A stretch of DNA of 32,772 bases, from contig JAMJFV010000004.1 of assembly GCA_023544495.1 (NCBI GenBank), forward strand, positions 1 to 32,772, written 5' to 3'. The position numbers and the translations under genes are program-made. The notes below the pieces were generated by a model. The model did no database searches. It was not told the origin of the DNA and saw only the letters and a list, made by a program, of their open reading frames with translations. Source of the stretch: ANME-2 cluster archaeon. Lineage in GTDB: Archaea > Halobacteriota > Methanosarcinia > Methanosarcinales > Methanocomedenaceae. Positions 17,458-25,353 of the stretch are shown piece by piece. How positions within the stretch are numbered: position 1 is the stretch's first letter; each line of letters starts with the position of its first letter.

Positions 17458-17691
17458 TTGGCAATAGGATTCGTACTCATTAATATAGCTCCCGGCAGGG
17501 AACGCGAGGTTTTTGACATTCTGGTGAAGGAAGACAATATCCAGGAGATACATCCCTTATTCGGGGAATATGACCTTATCGCCAAGGTCACAATAAAGAA
17601 CCTGGAAGAACTGGGAGATATCGTTTTTAACAAGATCCGGAAGATAAAAGGGGTAACTGATACGAAGACCCTCACAGGTGCTGGTTTATAG
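17458..17691 (+). CDS. stand-alone Lrp/AsnC ligand-binding (RAM) domain protein
   Basis: 77 aa with a TTG start preceded by AAGGAGAGG. The sequence AIGFVLINIAPGREREVFDILVKEDNIQEIHPLFGEYDLIAKV has the typical AsnC-type RAM-domain pattern. No HTH is present. Confidence 0.7.
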   Translation: MAIGFVLINIAPGREREVFDILVKEDNIQEIHPLFGEYDLIAKVTIKNLEELGDIVFNKIRKIKGVTDTKTLTGAGL

Positions 17692-18919
17692 TCTTACCAG
17701 GATCATGCGTGTGTCTTCTCACTGCCGCCCATAGTATCAAAAATAACGTTGTCGCTACAAAAACGAATAGAGCAGGTGTTAGATTGACTTTTGGGGTCAC
17801 TAGATTTTCAGCAAAGTTCTTTCTGACATATATTTTCGTTTCATCTGAGATGCGCCCGCTATCTCCGGAGAGGGCTGAAACTTCAACAATATGGCCGCCT
17901 ACAGGTAAAGGTCCGCGTATGATGCTGTGCATCCCGGGTTGAGGGGCAGTTACCTCTTCAATGATATTTCCATCAATTGTTACGCGTGCTGTATCAAATG
18001 GACCACTGCCGCCGAGATAATAGGTAACATTAATACTCTCGTTCTTGTAGATCCTGTTTTCACCTTCATTATTGGTCACCTGAACCGATACTGAAATATT
18101 ACTGCTGCCTGTATTGCTGTTATTACCATTGGTGTTATTGCCATTGGTGTTATTACCATTGGTGTTATTACTATCAATTCCAGCTGATGTAATGGTTTTT
18201 ACGGATTTCGCTACGATAGGTTCTTCGAACTGGTATAGATGTTCTATGAATACTGCATTGCGAGTACTGCCCTTGAAAATACCCTTTATGTTAAATGAAA
18301 TTATTGTCTGGTCCTTTCCATTTGAAGTTACTCTATAATTGAAAGCATCATTTTCTTTCATTGTACGTTCCGTAACCATGACATTATTTTTATACAAACC
18401 AAGTGTTGCTGAATCATTCCCGAATTCTTCAATGTTAAGACTGTAATCCTGTTCCAGGATCAGATGAGTACCAGGTTCAAGTTTTTCGTCCCGGTCAGTG
18501 ATAAGAAATTCTGTCGCGGGGCGTGATGGATCAATATATTGTATTATCCTCAAAGTAGCGAACTTATTATCGGAATCAATGTTCAATAATGTTATGGCAA
18601 GTACAGTGAAATCCTTTTCGTCATATTTTCTGGTAAAATTATAGACCATACCCTTGCTAATGAAGCTTTCCTCGTCAATGGTTTGTCCGTCAAGTGTTAT
18701 CCTTATGATCGCCTTGCTTCCGGATGAAGCTGGTTCTACCACAGTAACACTGTATCCCTGGTAGAGTTCATATGATTCACCAATACCCAGCACTCCTTCT
18801 CTGGTGAGTATCATTGACCTTGTTTCCAGAGCATGTGACGGAGCTATAAAAAACGATGACAATAAAAGCAATAAAAAGATCTGGACGAAAATCATTCTTT
18901 TACGAGGTTCTTTTCTCAC
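17672..18919 (-). CDS. secreted or anchored surface protein with an Asn-rich repeat linker and a C-terminal TM anchor (possibly S-layer-related domain)
   Basis: 415 aa. It has the signal peptide MIFVQIFLLLLLSSFFIAPSHA, beta-rich domains, the linker NNTNGNNTNGNNTNGNNSN and the C-terminal span ALFVFVATTLFLILWAAVRR. Its 3' end overlaps the convergent RAM-domain gene by 20 nt. Confidence 0.6.
   Translation of the reverse strand: MRKEPRKRMIFVQIFLLLLLSSFFIAPSHALETRSMILTREGVLGIGESYELYQGYSVTVVEPASSGSKAIIRITLDGQTIDEESFISKGMVYNFTRKYDEKDFTVLAITLLNIDSDNKFATLRIIQYIDPSRPATEFLITDRDEKLEPGTHLILEQDYSLNIEEFGNDSATLGLYKNNVMVTERTMKENDAFNYRVTSNGKDQTIISFNIKGIFKGSTRNAVFIEHLYQFEEPIVAKSVKTITSAGIDSNNTNGNNTNGNNTNGNNSNTGSSNISVSVQVTNNEGENRIYKNESINVTYYLGGSGPFDTARVTIDGNIIEEVTAPQPGMHSIIRGPLPVGGHIVEVSALSGDSGRISDETKIYVRKNFAENLVTPKVNLTPALFVFVATTLFLILWAAVRRHTHDPGKTINQHL
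18119..18171. repeat. 15-bp tandem repeat (about 3.5 copies) inside the surface-protein gene
   Basis: The unit gttattaccattggt occurs at 18119-18133, 18134-18148 (one mismatch) and 18149-18163, with a partial copy to 18171. On the minus strand it encodes (NNTNG)n. Confidence 0.9.
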
Positions 18920-18980
18920 TTGACCACCATTTCAGTTGAAGGTAGATAAAAAATGTTAAGGGGATAATTGATCATATCCC

Positions 18981-19211
18981 CTATTCACATCCTGTGGTAT
19001 ATATTGAATCAATGCAATATTTACAAAGAAAACGGGGAAGGTTCGTTTCCTTAATCTTAACTGGCATGGGGTATTTGCCTTCCCATATCTGCAAGTCAGC
19101 CCGCTGGGCATGTTCCATACATAATCCCATACCGCACACGATACATACAGCAACTGCTTCTTCGGTTTCATTATTTTCATCATGGATAAAGCATTTCAAC
19201 ATATCTCTCAC
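18981..19211 (-). CDS. small Cys/His-rich zinc-binding protein, B-box-like; paralog 2 (DUF2180-like, from memory)
   Basis: 76 aa. The ligand pattern is C7-x2-H10-x12-C23-x2-C26-x4-C31-x2-H34, plus a distal CKYC. It shares AVxVCIVCGMGxC..H...W.G.YP with the upstream gene. GGAG overlaps the stop codon of the upstream paralog. Confidence 0.6.
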   Translation of the reverse strand: MRDMLKCFIHDENNETEEAVAVCIVCGMGLCMEHAQRADLQIWEGKYPMPVKIKETNLPRFLCKYCIDSIYTTGCE

Positions 19212-19214
19212 TCC

Positions 19215-19436
19215 TTAAATATTCTCTTTCAGGGCCCTATGACATGGTGGACAGATGATACGTTTTATATGTTCAGTATCCGGTTTAAGTCTGACAGGAT
19301 ATGTTCCGTCCCACACCGGTGTCTCTTCTCTCATCATATGTTTACGGCATACTCCCATACCGCATACAATGCAGACCCCCACAGCATCGGAGTCATTTCC
19401 CTCCTGTGCGCATATATAGCATTTCATATATTTCAC
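19215..19436 (-). CDS. small Cys/His-rich zinc-binding protein, B-box-like; paralog 1
   Basis: 73 aa. The ligand pattern is C6-x2-C9-x12-C22-x2-C25-x4-C30-x2-H33, plus a distal CPPC. AGGAG lies upstream of the ATG. Confidence 0.6.
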   Translation of the reverse strand: MKYMKCYICAQEGNDSDAVGVCIVCGMGVCRKHMMREETPVWDGTYPVRLKPDTEHIKRIICPPCHRALKENI

Positions 19437-19699
19437 CTGCTCCTGAAAGTGTTGTTTACCATTCCAGGTTCATTTGTTCGAGCGGAATTATATGTACGGT
19501 GACCTCCACCCAATTTTATAAAGGTTATGATTGTTGATACGTTAATAGTTTACGCAATCAGTCTGTGATAACACTTTCATAAGAATAATATCAATTATAG
19601 TCAAGAACATAATATTTTGTGCTGGTAAATCCTATCGGTTTTGTCAATACCGGGAATAAGAGTGGATTCCATCCTGGATTGATACACCTTGAAAATAAT

Positions 19700-20146
19700 T
19701 CATTTAACGTAATTTTCCCTGAGATGTAACCTCGTTTTTTTCAATATCAGCTTGATTATAGCACCACTGCTGCACGTACTGCAAGGTTCGTATTTTGTTA
19801 CGCGTACCACTTTTGCAGTTATTCCCCTGGAAGTCAATTCCCTTTCAAGGTCAACTTCCCTGAAGTGCTGGTCATGTCCCAGTACGATGATATCCGGCTT
19901 GATATCCGTCAAAGGCTTGAACATATCATGCGCGTCACCCAGCAGGGCATGGTCTACCACTTTCAATGACCGTACCATGATCAGTCGCTGCTCTTCAGGA
20001 AGTAATGGTTTTGGTTTATGGTTTACCATTGAGCTGCATGCAACTATTACCCATAGTTCATCGCCCAGTTTTTTTGCTTCTTCCAGATATACGAGATGTC
20101 CCGGATGAAGTATATCAAACGTCCCGGTCGCCAGAACCCTTACCAA
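19700..20146 (-). CDS. ribL: archaeal FAD synthase (FMN adenylyltransferase), cytidylyltransferase family
   Basis: 148 aa. The sequence VLATGTFDILHPGHLVYLEEAKKLGDELWVIVA...PEEQR...KPDIIVLGHDQ closely parallels M. jannaschii RibL (from memory). Confidence 0.85.
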   Translation of the reverse strand: MVRVLATGTFDILHPGHLVYLEEAKKLGDELWVIVACSSMVNHKPKPLLPEEQRLIMVRSLKVVDHALLGDAHDMFKPLTDIKPDIIVLGHDQHFREVDLERELTSRGITAKVVRVTKYEPCSTCSSGAIIKLILKKTRLHLRENYVK

Positions 20147-20305
20147 CCAATATCACCGGCATGTACATTCTGCTGCTTTATCATAAGGATTCCGACGTTA
20201 TAGTTGTATATTAATAATTACAATTATGTTTCTCTGACATGGTTTTTTCCGAACAATATCAAAAAACATATAAGTACATCATCCAATTTCATTTTTGTGA
20301 TCCAT

Positions 20306-21136
20306 ATGGTAAAAATAGGATTCATTAAATTGGGAAACTTGGGGATGTCCCAGGTAATCGACCTCATTCTTGATGAGATCGCGGCAAGAGAAGGAATAGA
20401 GATCCGGAGTTTTGGGACGGGAGCCAAAATGGGGAAGGGGGAAGCTGAACATACGAAACACTTCAGGAACTATGAAGCTGATTTCTATGTCATGATCAGC
20501 CCCAACTCATCAGCCCCAGGTCCCACAGCTGCACGGGAGATATGGAAGGACAGACCTGTAATCGTTATATCTGACGGTCCGACCAAGAAGGATGACCGCC
20601 AGGCCCTGGAGGATGCAGGTTTCGGATACATAATTATGAAAGTGGATCCCCTCATCGGCGCCAAGACAGAGTTCCTGGACTGTGTGGAGATGGCCAGTTT
20701 CAACAGCGATGCCATGAAAGTACTGTCCACCTGCGGTGTGGTCAGGCTTATACAGGAAGCATTTGACAGTGTTATTGACCAGGCAAACGCAGGTAAGTCA
20801 GGCAAGGACCTTGAACTGCCTCATATTCTGGCAACCGCACAAAAGGCCGTGGAGAGTGCAAGATTCAATAATCCGTATGCCAAGGCCAAGGCGCTGGCAG
20901 CCCTGCACATGGCCGACAAGGTGGCTGAGATCAATTTCCCTGCCTGCTTCATGATGAAGGAGATCGAGCAGATTACCCTGACAACAGCGACCGGTCACGA
21001 AATGATGAGAGCAGCAGCCCAGCTGGCCATTGATGCCAGGGAGATTGAGAAGGGCAATGATGCAGTGTTCAGGCAGCCACACATGAAGGACGGTAGCCGA
21101 AGGACCAAGACAAAACTTTACGAGAAACCGCAGTAG
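20306..21136 (+). CDS. mtd: F420-dependent methylenetetrahydromethanopterin dehydrogenase
   Basis: The ORF-track ORF starts at 20204, but the conserved Mtd N-terminus begins at the in-frame ATG 20306: MVKIGFIKLGNLGMSQVIDLILDEIAAREGIEIRSFGTGAKMG. The resulting 276 aa is the usual Mtd size. Confidence 0.9.
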   Translation: MVKIGFIKLGNLGMSQVIDLILDEIAAREGIEIRSFGTGAKMGKGEAEHTKHFRNYEADFYVMISPNSSAPGPTAAREIWKDRPVIVISDGPTKKDDRQALEDAGFGYIIMKVDPLIGAKTEFLDCVEMASFNSDAMKVLSTCGVVRLIQEAFDSVIDQANAGKSGKDLELPHILATAQKAVESARFNNPYAKAKALAALHMADKVAEINFPACFMMKEIEQITLTTATGHEMMRAAAQLAIDAREIEKGNDAVFRQPHMKDGSRRTKTKLYEKPQ

Positions 21137-21146
21137 CGTTATTGAA

Positions 21147-21175
21147 GGGGCGGTATTCGCCCCACTTTTAAATTT
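21147..21175 (+). terminator. GC hairpin plus T-rich tail immediately after mtd
   Basis: GGGGCG (21147-21152), loop gtatt, then CGCCCC (21158-21163), followed by acttttaaatttt. It begins 10 nt after the mtd stop codon. Confidence 0.45.
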
Positions 21176-21180
21176 TATAG

Positions 21181-21280
21181 TATACTTTTTTATACTTTTT
21201 TATACTTTTTTATATTATTCCATTATTATTCCATTATTATCCATTATTATCCATTATTTTCCATTATTTTCCATGTTATT
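21181..21280. repeat. two families of 10-11 bp A/T-rich tandem repeats in the mtd-tfx intergenic region
   Basis: tatacttttt occurs 3 times (21181-21210). Then ccattatt(a/t)t(t) occurs 6 times, starting at 21220, 21231, 21241, 21251, 21261 and 21271. Confidence 0.9.
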
Positions 21281-21369
21281 ATCTATTGTTGTATTTTTTC
21301 GTTATTCCGTTATTCAACACTGCAGAATCCACCAAAGTTATTACTTTGAAAAGATAGATAGTACTATCA

Positions 21370-21777
21370 ATGCCTAACAACTCTTTTTTGACCACTCGGC
21401 AAAAACGGGTATTGGAACTTCGTATACAGGGTTATATGCAGGACCGCATCGCTAAGATGTTAAATACCAGCCGAGTCAATGTCAGTGTGATCGAAAAAAG
21501 GGCGTACCAGAATATAGAAAAGGCAAAAGCTACCCTGGTGGAATGGGAACAGCTCCAGGCACTGGTGTCCATTGCCATTGAGCAGGACACTGATGTCATG
21601 TCCATCCCCCGCATCATATTCAATGAGGCAGACAGTGCAGGAATAAAGATGCATGGAAATACATTAGATATCATCACCCAGATACATAAGACCGTGCCAG
21701 GTGCAATAGAGCACCGGAGGGTGAAACACCCTTTTATAATCTATATTAGCAGGAGCGGTGAAATATCCTTTGGCTGA
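21370..21777 (+). CDS. tfx: Tfx-family DNA-binding transcriptional regulator
   Basis: 135 aa. The sequence FLTTRQKRVLELRIQGYMQDRIAKMLNTSRVNVSVIEKRAYQNIEKAKATLVEWEQL matches the Tfx HTH region of Methanothermobacter Tfx (from memory). A Tfx-type C-terminal domain follows. Confidence 0.8.
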   Translation: MPNNSFLTTRQKRVLELRIQGYMQDRIAKMLNTSRVNVSVIEKRAYQNIEKAKATLVEWEQLQALVSIAIEQDTDVMSIPRIIFNEADSAGIKMHGNTLDIITQIHKTVPGAIEHRRVKHPFIIYISRSGEISFG

Positions 21778-22987
21778 TCTTTCATATGACATTGTAGTGG
21801 TGGGCGGAGGGCCTGCCGGTGCCATGTCTGCAAGATATGCAGCGATGAATGGTGCAAGGACCCTTATCATTGAAGAACACCGGGCTGCGGGTTCACCTGT
21901 ACAATGTACGGGACTGGTGAGCAGCAAGACCCTGGATGTATGTGGTATCAGATCCGGGCCATGGGTGTACCAGGAAGTTACCGGAGCGCATATATTTGCA
22001 CCCGACGGCAGCAACATTTCCATTGGCGGTGAAAAGGTCAGGGCATATGTGGTCGACCGCAAGATGTTTGACCGAAATTTGCTGAGACAGGCTGCCGCAG
22101 AGGGTGCCGAAGTCATGATAGGAACGAAGGCAGTGGGATTGCAGGATGTTGATGGCATGAAGGTACTTGAGGTTGTATACAGCGGCAGGAAGATGCGAAT
22201 CAAAGCAGGAGTGGTCATCGGCGCCGACGGTGTGCAGGGGAGTATTGCACGATGGAGCGGCCTGGGCCAGGTGCAAAAGGTCCTGTCCGGGGTGCAGATA
22301 GAGACCGTATATGATGTGGCAGATACTGACCATGTTGAGGTGTTTGTGGGCAGAGCAGTGCCCGGCTTCTTTGCATGGGTGGTGCCTGTGAGCGATAATA
22401 CTGCACGTATCGGATTGTGTGTCGATCCGGCCAGGACGCAATTGAGCGCTTACGAGCACCTTATGCAGTTCCTGGCCACCAATCCAAGGATGAAAGCACG
22501 TGCAGGAAGCGGATGTTCGGATATGGTGGTGGGTTGCATCCCCCTGGGTCCACAATCATGTACCGTGAGCAACGGTGTGCTTATCTCAGGGGATGCGGCG
22601 GGCCAGGTCAAGCCCACGTCGGGCGGTGGTGTGTATATGGGTGCCCTGTGTGCTAAGATCGCAGGTGAGGTAGCCGCACATGCAGCGCTGTCGGGTGATA
22701 CATCTGCGGAGGCGCTGATGGAGTACGATAAAAGGTGGCGCCATGCTGTCGGGCGCGAACTGGCTGTAGGGATGCGTATACATAAGGTGTTCGGACGACT
22801 GGACGGTGAGGATTTCAATGAACTGATCCGCTTCTGTGGCGAGCCTGAAGTGCTGGAGCTTATCAATCAGTATGGGGATATTGACCACCCGTCAGTGTTG
22901 CTGGGGAAGCTGGTAGCCAGGACGAAAGGAAAAAAGTTGCTGGGTGTTTTCAGGGTTGCATTAAAGGCAATGATGGGAAAAGAATAA
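21758..22987 (+). CDS. FAD-dependent oxidoreductase, geranylgeranyl reductase family
   Basis: 409 aa. It has YDIVVVGGGPAGAMSARYAA, LIIEE and GDAAGQVKPTSGGGV. The GTG 21758 start overlaps tfx by 20 nt. The in-frame TTG 21770 is an alternative start. Confidence 0.8.
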   Translation: MKYPLADLSYDIVVVGGGPAGAMSARYAAMNGARTLIIEEHRAAGSPVQCTGLVSSKTLDVCGIRSGPWVYQEVTGAHIFAPDGSNISIGGEKVRAYVVDRKMFDRNLLRQAAAEGAEVMIGTKAVGLQDVDGMKVLEVVYSGRKMRIKAGVVIGADGVQGSIARWSGLGQVQKVLSGVQIETVYDVADTDHVEVFVGRAVPGFFAWVVPVSDNTARIGLCVDPARTQLSAYEHLMQFLATNPRMKARAGSGCSDMVVGCIPLGPQSCTVSNGVLISGDAAGQVKPTSGGGVYMGALCAKIAGEVAAHAALSGDTSAEALMEYDKRWRHAVGRELAVGMRIHKVFGRLDGEDFNELIRFCGEPEVLELINQYGDIDHPSVLLGKLVARTKGKKLLGVFRVALKAMMGKE

Positions 22988-23006
22988 CTGAATAACTGAA
23001 CGTATT

Positions 23007-24494
23007 ATGTCAATTACGTTTACTGTAGGTAATACAATGAAATTCAATGTGGTTTTCAACACCCTGGGAATCATCCTGAAATACCTGGGTGTTGCAATGC
23101 TTATTCCGGCTGTGGTCGGATATTATTATTCCCGGCAAGATCCGACGCAGTTCCCATCTGTTATGGTCTTTGTATATTCATTTTTACTGACAACATCAAT
23201 AGGGCTTATCCTGGAACATACCAACCGCAGTAATGATGAGTTCAGGAACCGCGAGAGTTTTGGTATCGTAGCGTTTGGATGGCTGTCAGTAGCGTTCTTT
23301 GGTGCATTGCCATTTCTGTTCAGTGGAATGCAGCTAGTGGATGCCCTATTTGAGTCCATGTCAGGCTTTACCACTACAGGCGCCACCATTATGACCGATA
23401 TCGAGTCCTATTCAAAGGCATTGCTGTTCTGGCGCAGTTTCATGCAATGGCTGGGAGGTATGGGTATCATCATGCTTTTCCTTGCCATCCTGCCTAAACT
23501 TGCGATAGCAGGTCGCCAGTTATTTAAAGCAGAAGCGCCAGGCCCCACTGAAGATAAACTTAAACCAAAATTAAAGGAAACAGCCAAGATACTGTGGATG
23601 GTGTATGTGGTCATCTCAGCGGTTGAGTTTATCGCACTGCTGGCTGCCGGTATGGGAGTATATGACGGGCTGACCCATACATTCACTACCATGGCCTGCG
23701 GTGGTTTCTCACCCAGGGCAGATTCCATTGCTGCTTTTCACAGCCCCTTGATCGAAGGGATCATTACCTTTTTTATGTTTGTTGCCGGTGCCAATTTTGC
23801 ACTGCATTACCGGTTGATATATGTTGACCATAGAAGTCTGCTAAAAGATGGTGAGTTCAAGTTTTACAGTTCTATTGTGGTTATCGCTTCATTGATTCTG
23901 ACCTGGACACTGTGGAGGACCGGGACATTTGAAGGGATTGGCACATCATTCAGATATGCCATATTCCAGGTACTGTCCATCCTGACCACAACAGGTTATG
24001 CGACCTCTGATTTTAATACCTGGCCTGATTCTGCCCGCATGATATTGTTCATACTTATGTTCATCGGAGGCAGTGCAGGCTCAACAGCAGGTGGTATCAA
24101 GGTTGTGAGGCTGTTGCTGATGTTGAAATACGGGTACCGGGAGCTGTTCCGGTCGCTCCAGCCAAAAATTGTACGTCCTATCCGCCTGGGTGAGCGGGTC
24201 GTACCTGAGGATGTGATGAGCAGTATTTTTTCATTCATAATCCTGTATATCCTGGTATTCATGACCAGTACTCTTATATTGAGCCTGCTGGACATTGATG
24301 CGTTCAGTGCTGCCTCTGCATCCATTGTGACACTGGGCAATATCGGGCCCGGGTTCGACCTGGTGGGACCGTGGTCCAATTTCAGTACCATTCCCCTGGC
24401 AGGAAAACTGGTACTTATTGCCAATATGTGGATCGGCAGGCTTGAGATATTTACTGTGCTGGTGATGCTGATCCCGGGCTTCTGGAAGGAATGA
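23007..24494 (+). CDS. trkH: TrkH/KtrB-family potassium (cation) transporter membrane subunit
   Basis: 495 aa and polytopic. It has repeated pore-loop motifs (SGFTTTGAT, TMACGGFS, TTTGYATS, GGSAGSTAGGIK) typical of TrkH. The start may instead be ATG 23038. No trkA is adjacent. Confidence 0.85.
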   Translation: MSITFTVGNTMKFNVVFNTLGIILKYLGVAMLIPAVVGYYYSRQDPTQFPSVMVFVYSFLLTTSIGLILEHTNRSNDEFRNRESFGIVAFGWLSVAFFGALPFLFSGMQLVDALFESMSGFTTTGATIMTDIESYSKALLFWRSFMQWLGGMGIIMLFLAILPKLAIAGRQLFKAEAPGPTEDKLKPKLKETAKILWMVYVVISAVEFIALLAAGMGVYDGLTHTFTTMACGGFSPRADSIAAFHSPLIEGIITFFMFVAGANFALHYRLIYVDHRSLLKDGEFKFYSSIVVIASLILTWTLWRTGTFEGIGTSFRYAIFQVLSILTTTGYATSDFNTWPDSARMILFILMFIGGSAGSTAGGIKVVRLLLMLKYGYRELFRSLQPKIVRPIRLGERVVPEDVMSSIFSFIILYILVFMTSTLILSLLDIDAFSAASASIVTLGNIGPGFDLVGPWSNFSTIPLAGKLVLIANMWIGRLEIFTVLVMLIPGFWKE

Positions 24495-24553
24495 GCAAAC
24501 AATAAATAACACTCTACCCATTACCTACATTAAACCATATAAGGAGGACTACC

Positions 24554-25342
24554 ATGGACTGGGGTATGCAAAACCGGATATCACACATCATACGACCAAA
24601 AACAGGCAGAACAGTAATGCTGGCAGTGGACCACGGGTATTTCCTTGGACCCACCAGCAGGCTGGAGAACGCCGGGGCGACGATCGAACCGCTGCTTGAA
24701 TATGCAGACGCACTCATGCCTGCCCGCGGTGTGCTGCGCACAGGCGTGGACCCTGCCACATCTACACCTATTGTACTGAGAGTATCAGGTGGTAACAGCA
24801 TTGTGGGTGAAGACCTCTCAAGGGAAGGCATCACCACATCAGTTGAAGATGCATTAAGACTTAATGTGGCAGCTGTTGCTATGTCCATCTACGTAGGAAG
24901 CCAGTACGAGCACCAGACGTTGATGAACCTGGGCAATCTTGTTAACGAATGCGAACGCTACGGCATGCCAGTGGTGGCAGTGACCGCTGTTGGCAAGGAC
25001 ATGGTTCGGGATACACGATACCTGGGGCTGTGCTGCCGGATAGCAGCCGAACTGGGCGCCAGGATTGTCAAGACCTATTACACTGATGATTTCCACAAGG
25101 TCGTGGAAGGCTGTCCCGTACCTATCGTAGTGGCTGGCGGCAAGCAGATGGACACTGAGATGGACGTGTTCGAACTGGTCCATGGTGCCATTTCTGAGGG
25201 TGCCGTGGGAGTTGATATGGGCCGTAATATCTGGCAGAACGACCATCCCGTTGCCATGATACAGGCTGTGCGGTCAGTTGTTCACGAGGATTTCACACCA
25301 AAGGAAGCAATGGACCTGTACAACAGCGAGAAGGGAAAATAG
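24554..25342 (+). CDS. class I aldolase of the DhnA/FbaB/LsrF family, LsrF-like
   Basis: 262 aa with AAGGAGG upstream. The blocks DWGMQNRISHIIRPKTGRTVMLAVDHGYFLGPT...GVGKDMVRDTRY...IVKTYY...GCPVPIVVAGGKQ...GVDMGRNIWQNDHPVAMIQAV are collinear, nearly end to end, with E. coli LsrF as I remember it. The Schiff-base Lys context VKTYY is present. Confidence 0.8.
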   Translation: MDWGMQNRISHIIRPKTGRTVMLAVDHGYFLGPTSRLENAGATIEPLLEYADALMPARGVLRTGVDPATSTPIVLRVSGGNSIVGEDLSREGITTSVEDALRLNVAAVAMSIYVGSQYEHQTLMNLGNLVNECERYGMPVVAVTAVGKDMVRDTRYLGLCCRIAAELGARIVKTYYTDDFHKVVEGCPVPIVVAGGKQMDTEMDVFELVHGAISEGAVGVDMGRNIWQNDHPVAMIQAVRSVVHEDFTPKEAMDLYNSEKGK

Positions 25343-25353
25343 GAGCCGTATAA

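Noticed and set aside
17672-17691. 20-nt 3'-3' overlap of the RAM-domain gene and the surface-protein gene; 50-nt 5'-5' overlap at 27853-27902
   Set aside because: The first overlap is common in compact archaeal genomes. The second disappears if the in-frame ATG 27904 is used. Neither needs a special explanation.
20204-20305. N-terminal 34-codon extension of the mtd ORF given by the ORF track
   Set aside because: The extension (MYINNYNYVSLTWFFPNNIKK...) is AT-rich low-complexity sequence overlapping the promoter region. The conserved Mtd N-terminus starts at ATG 20306.
21181-21280. Intergenic repeats as a CRISPR array or coding minisatellite
   Set aside because: The units are only 10-11 bp, contiguous, without spacers, and not in any ORF. 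I interpret them as phased A/T repeats.
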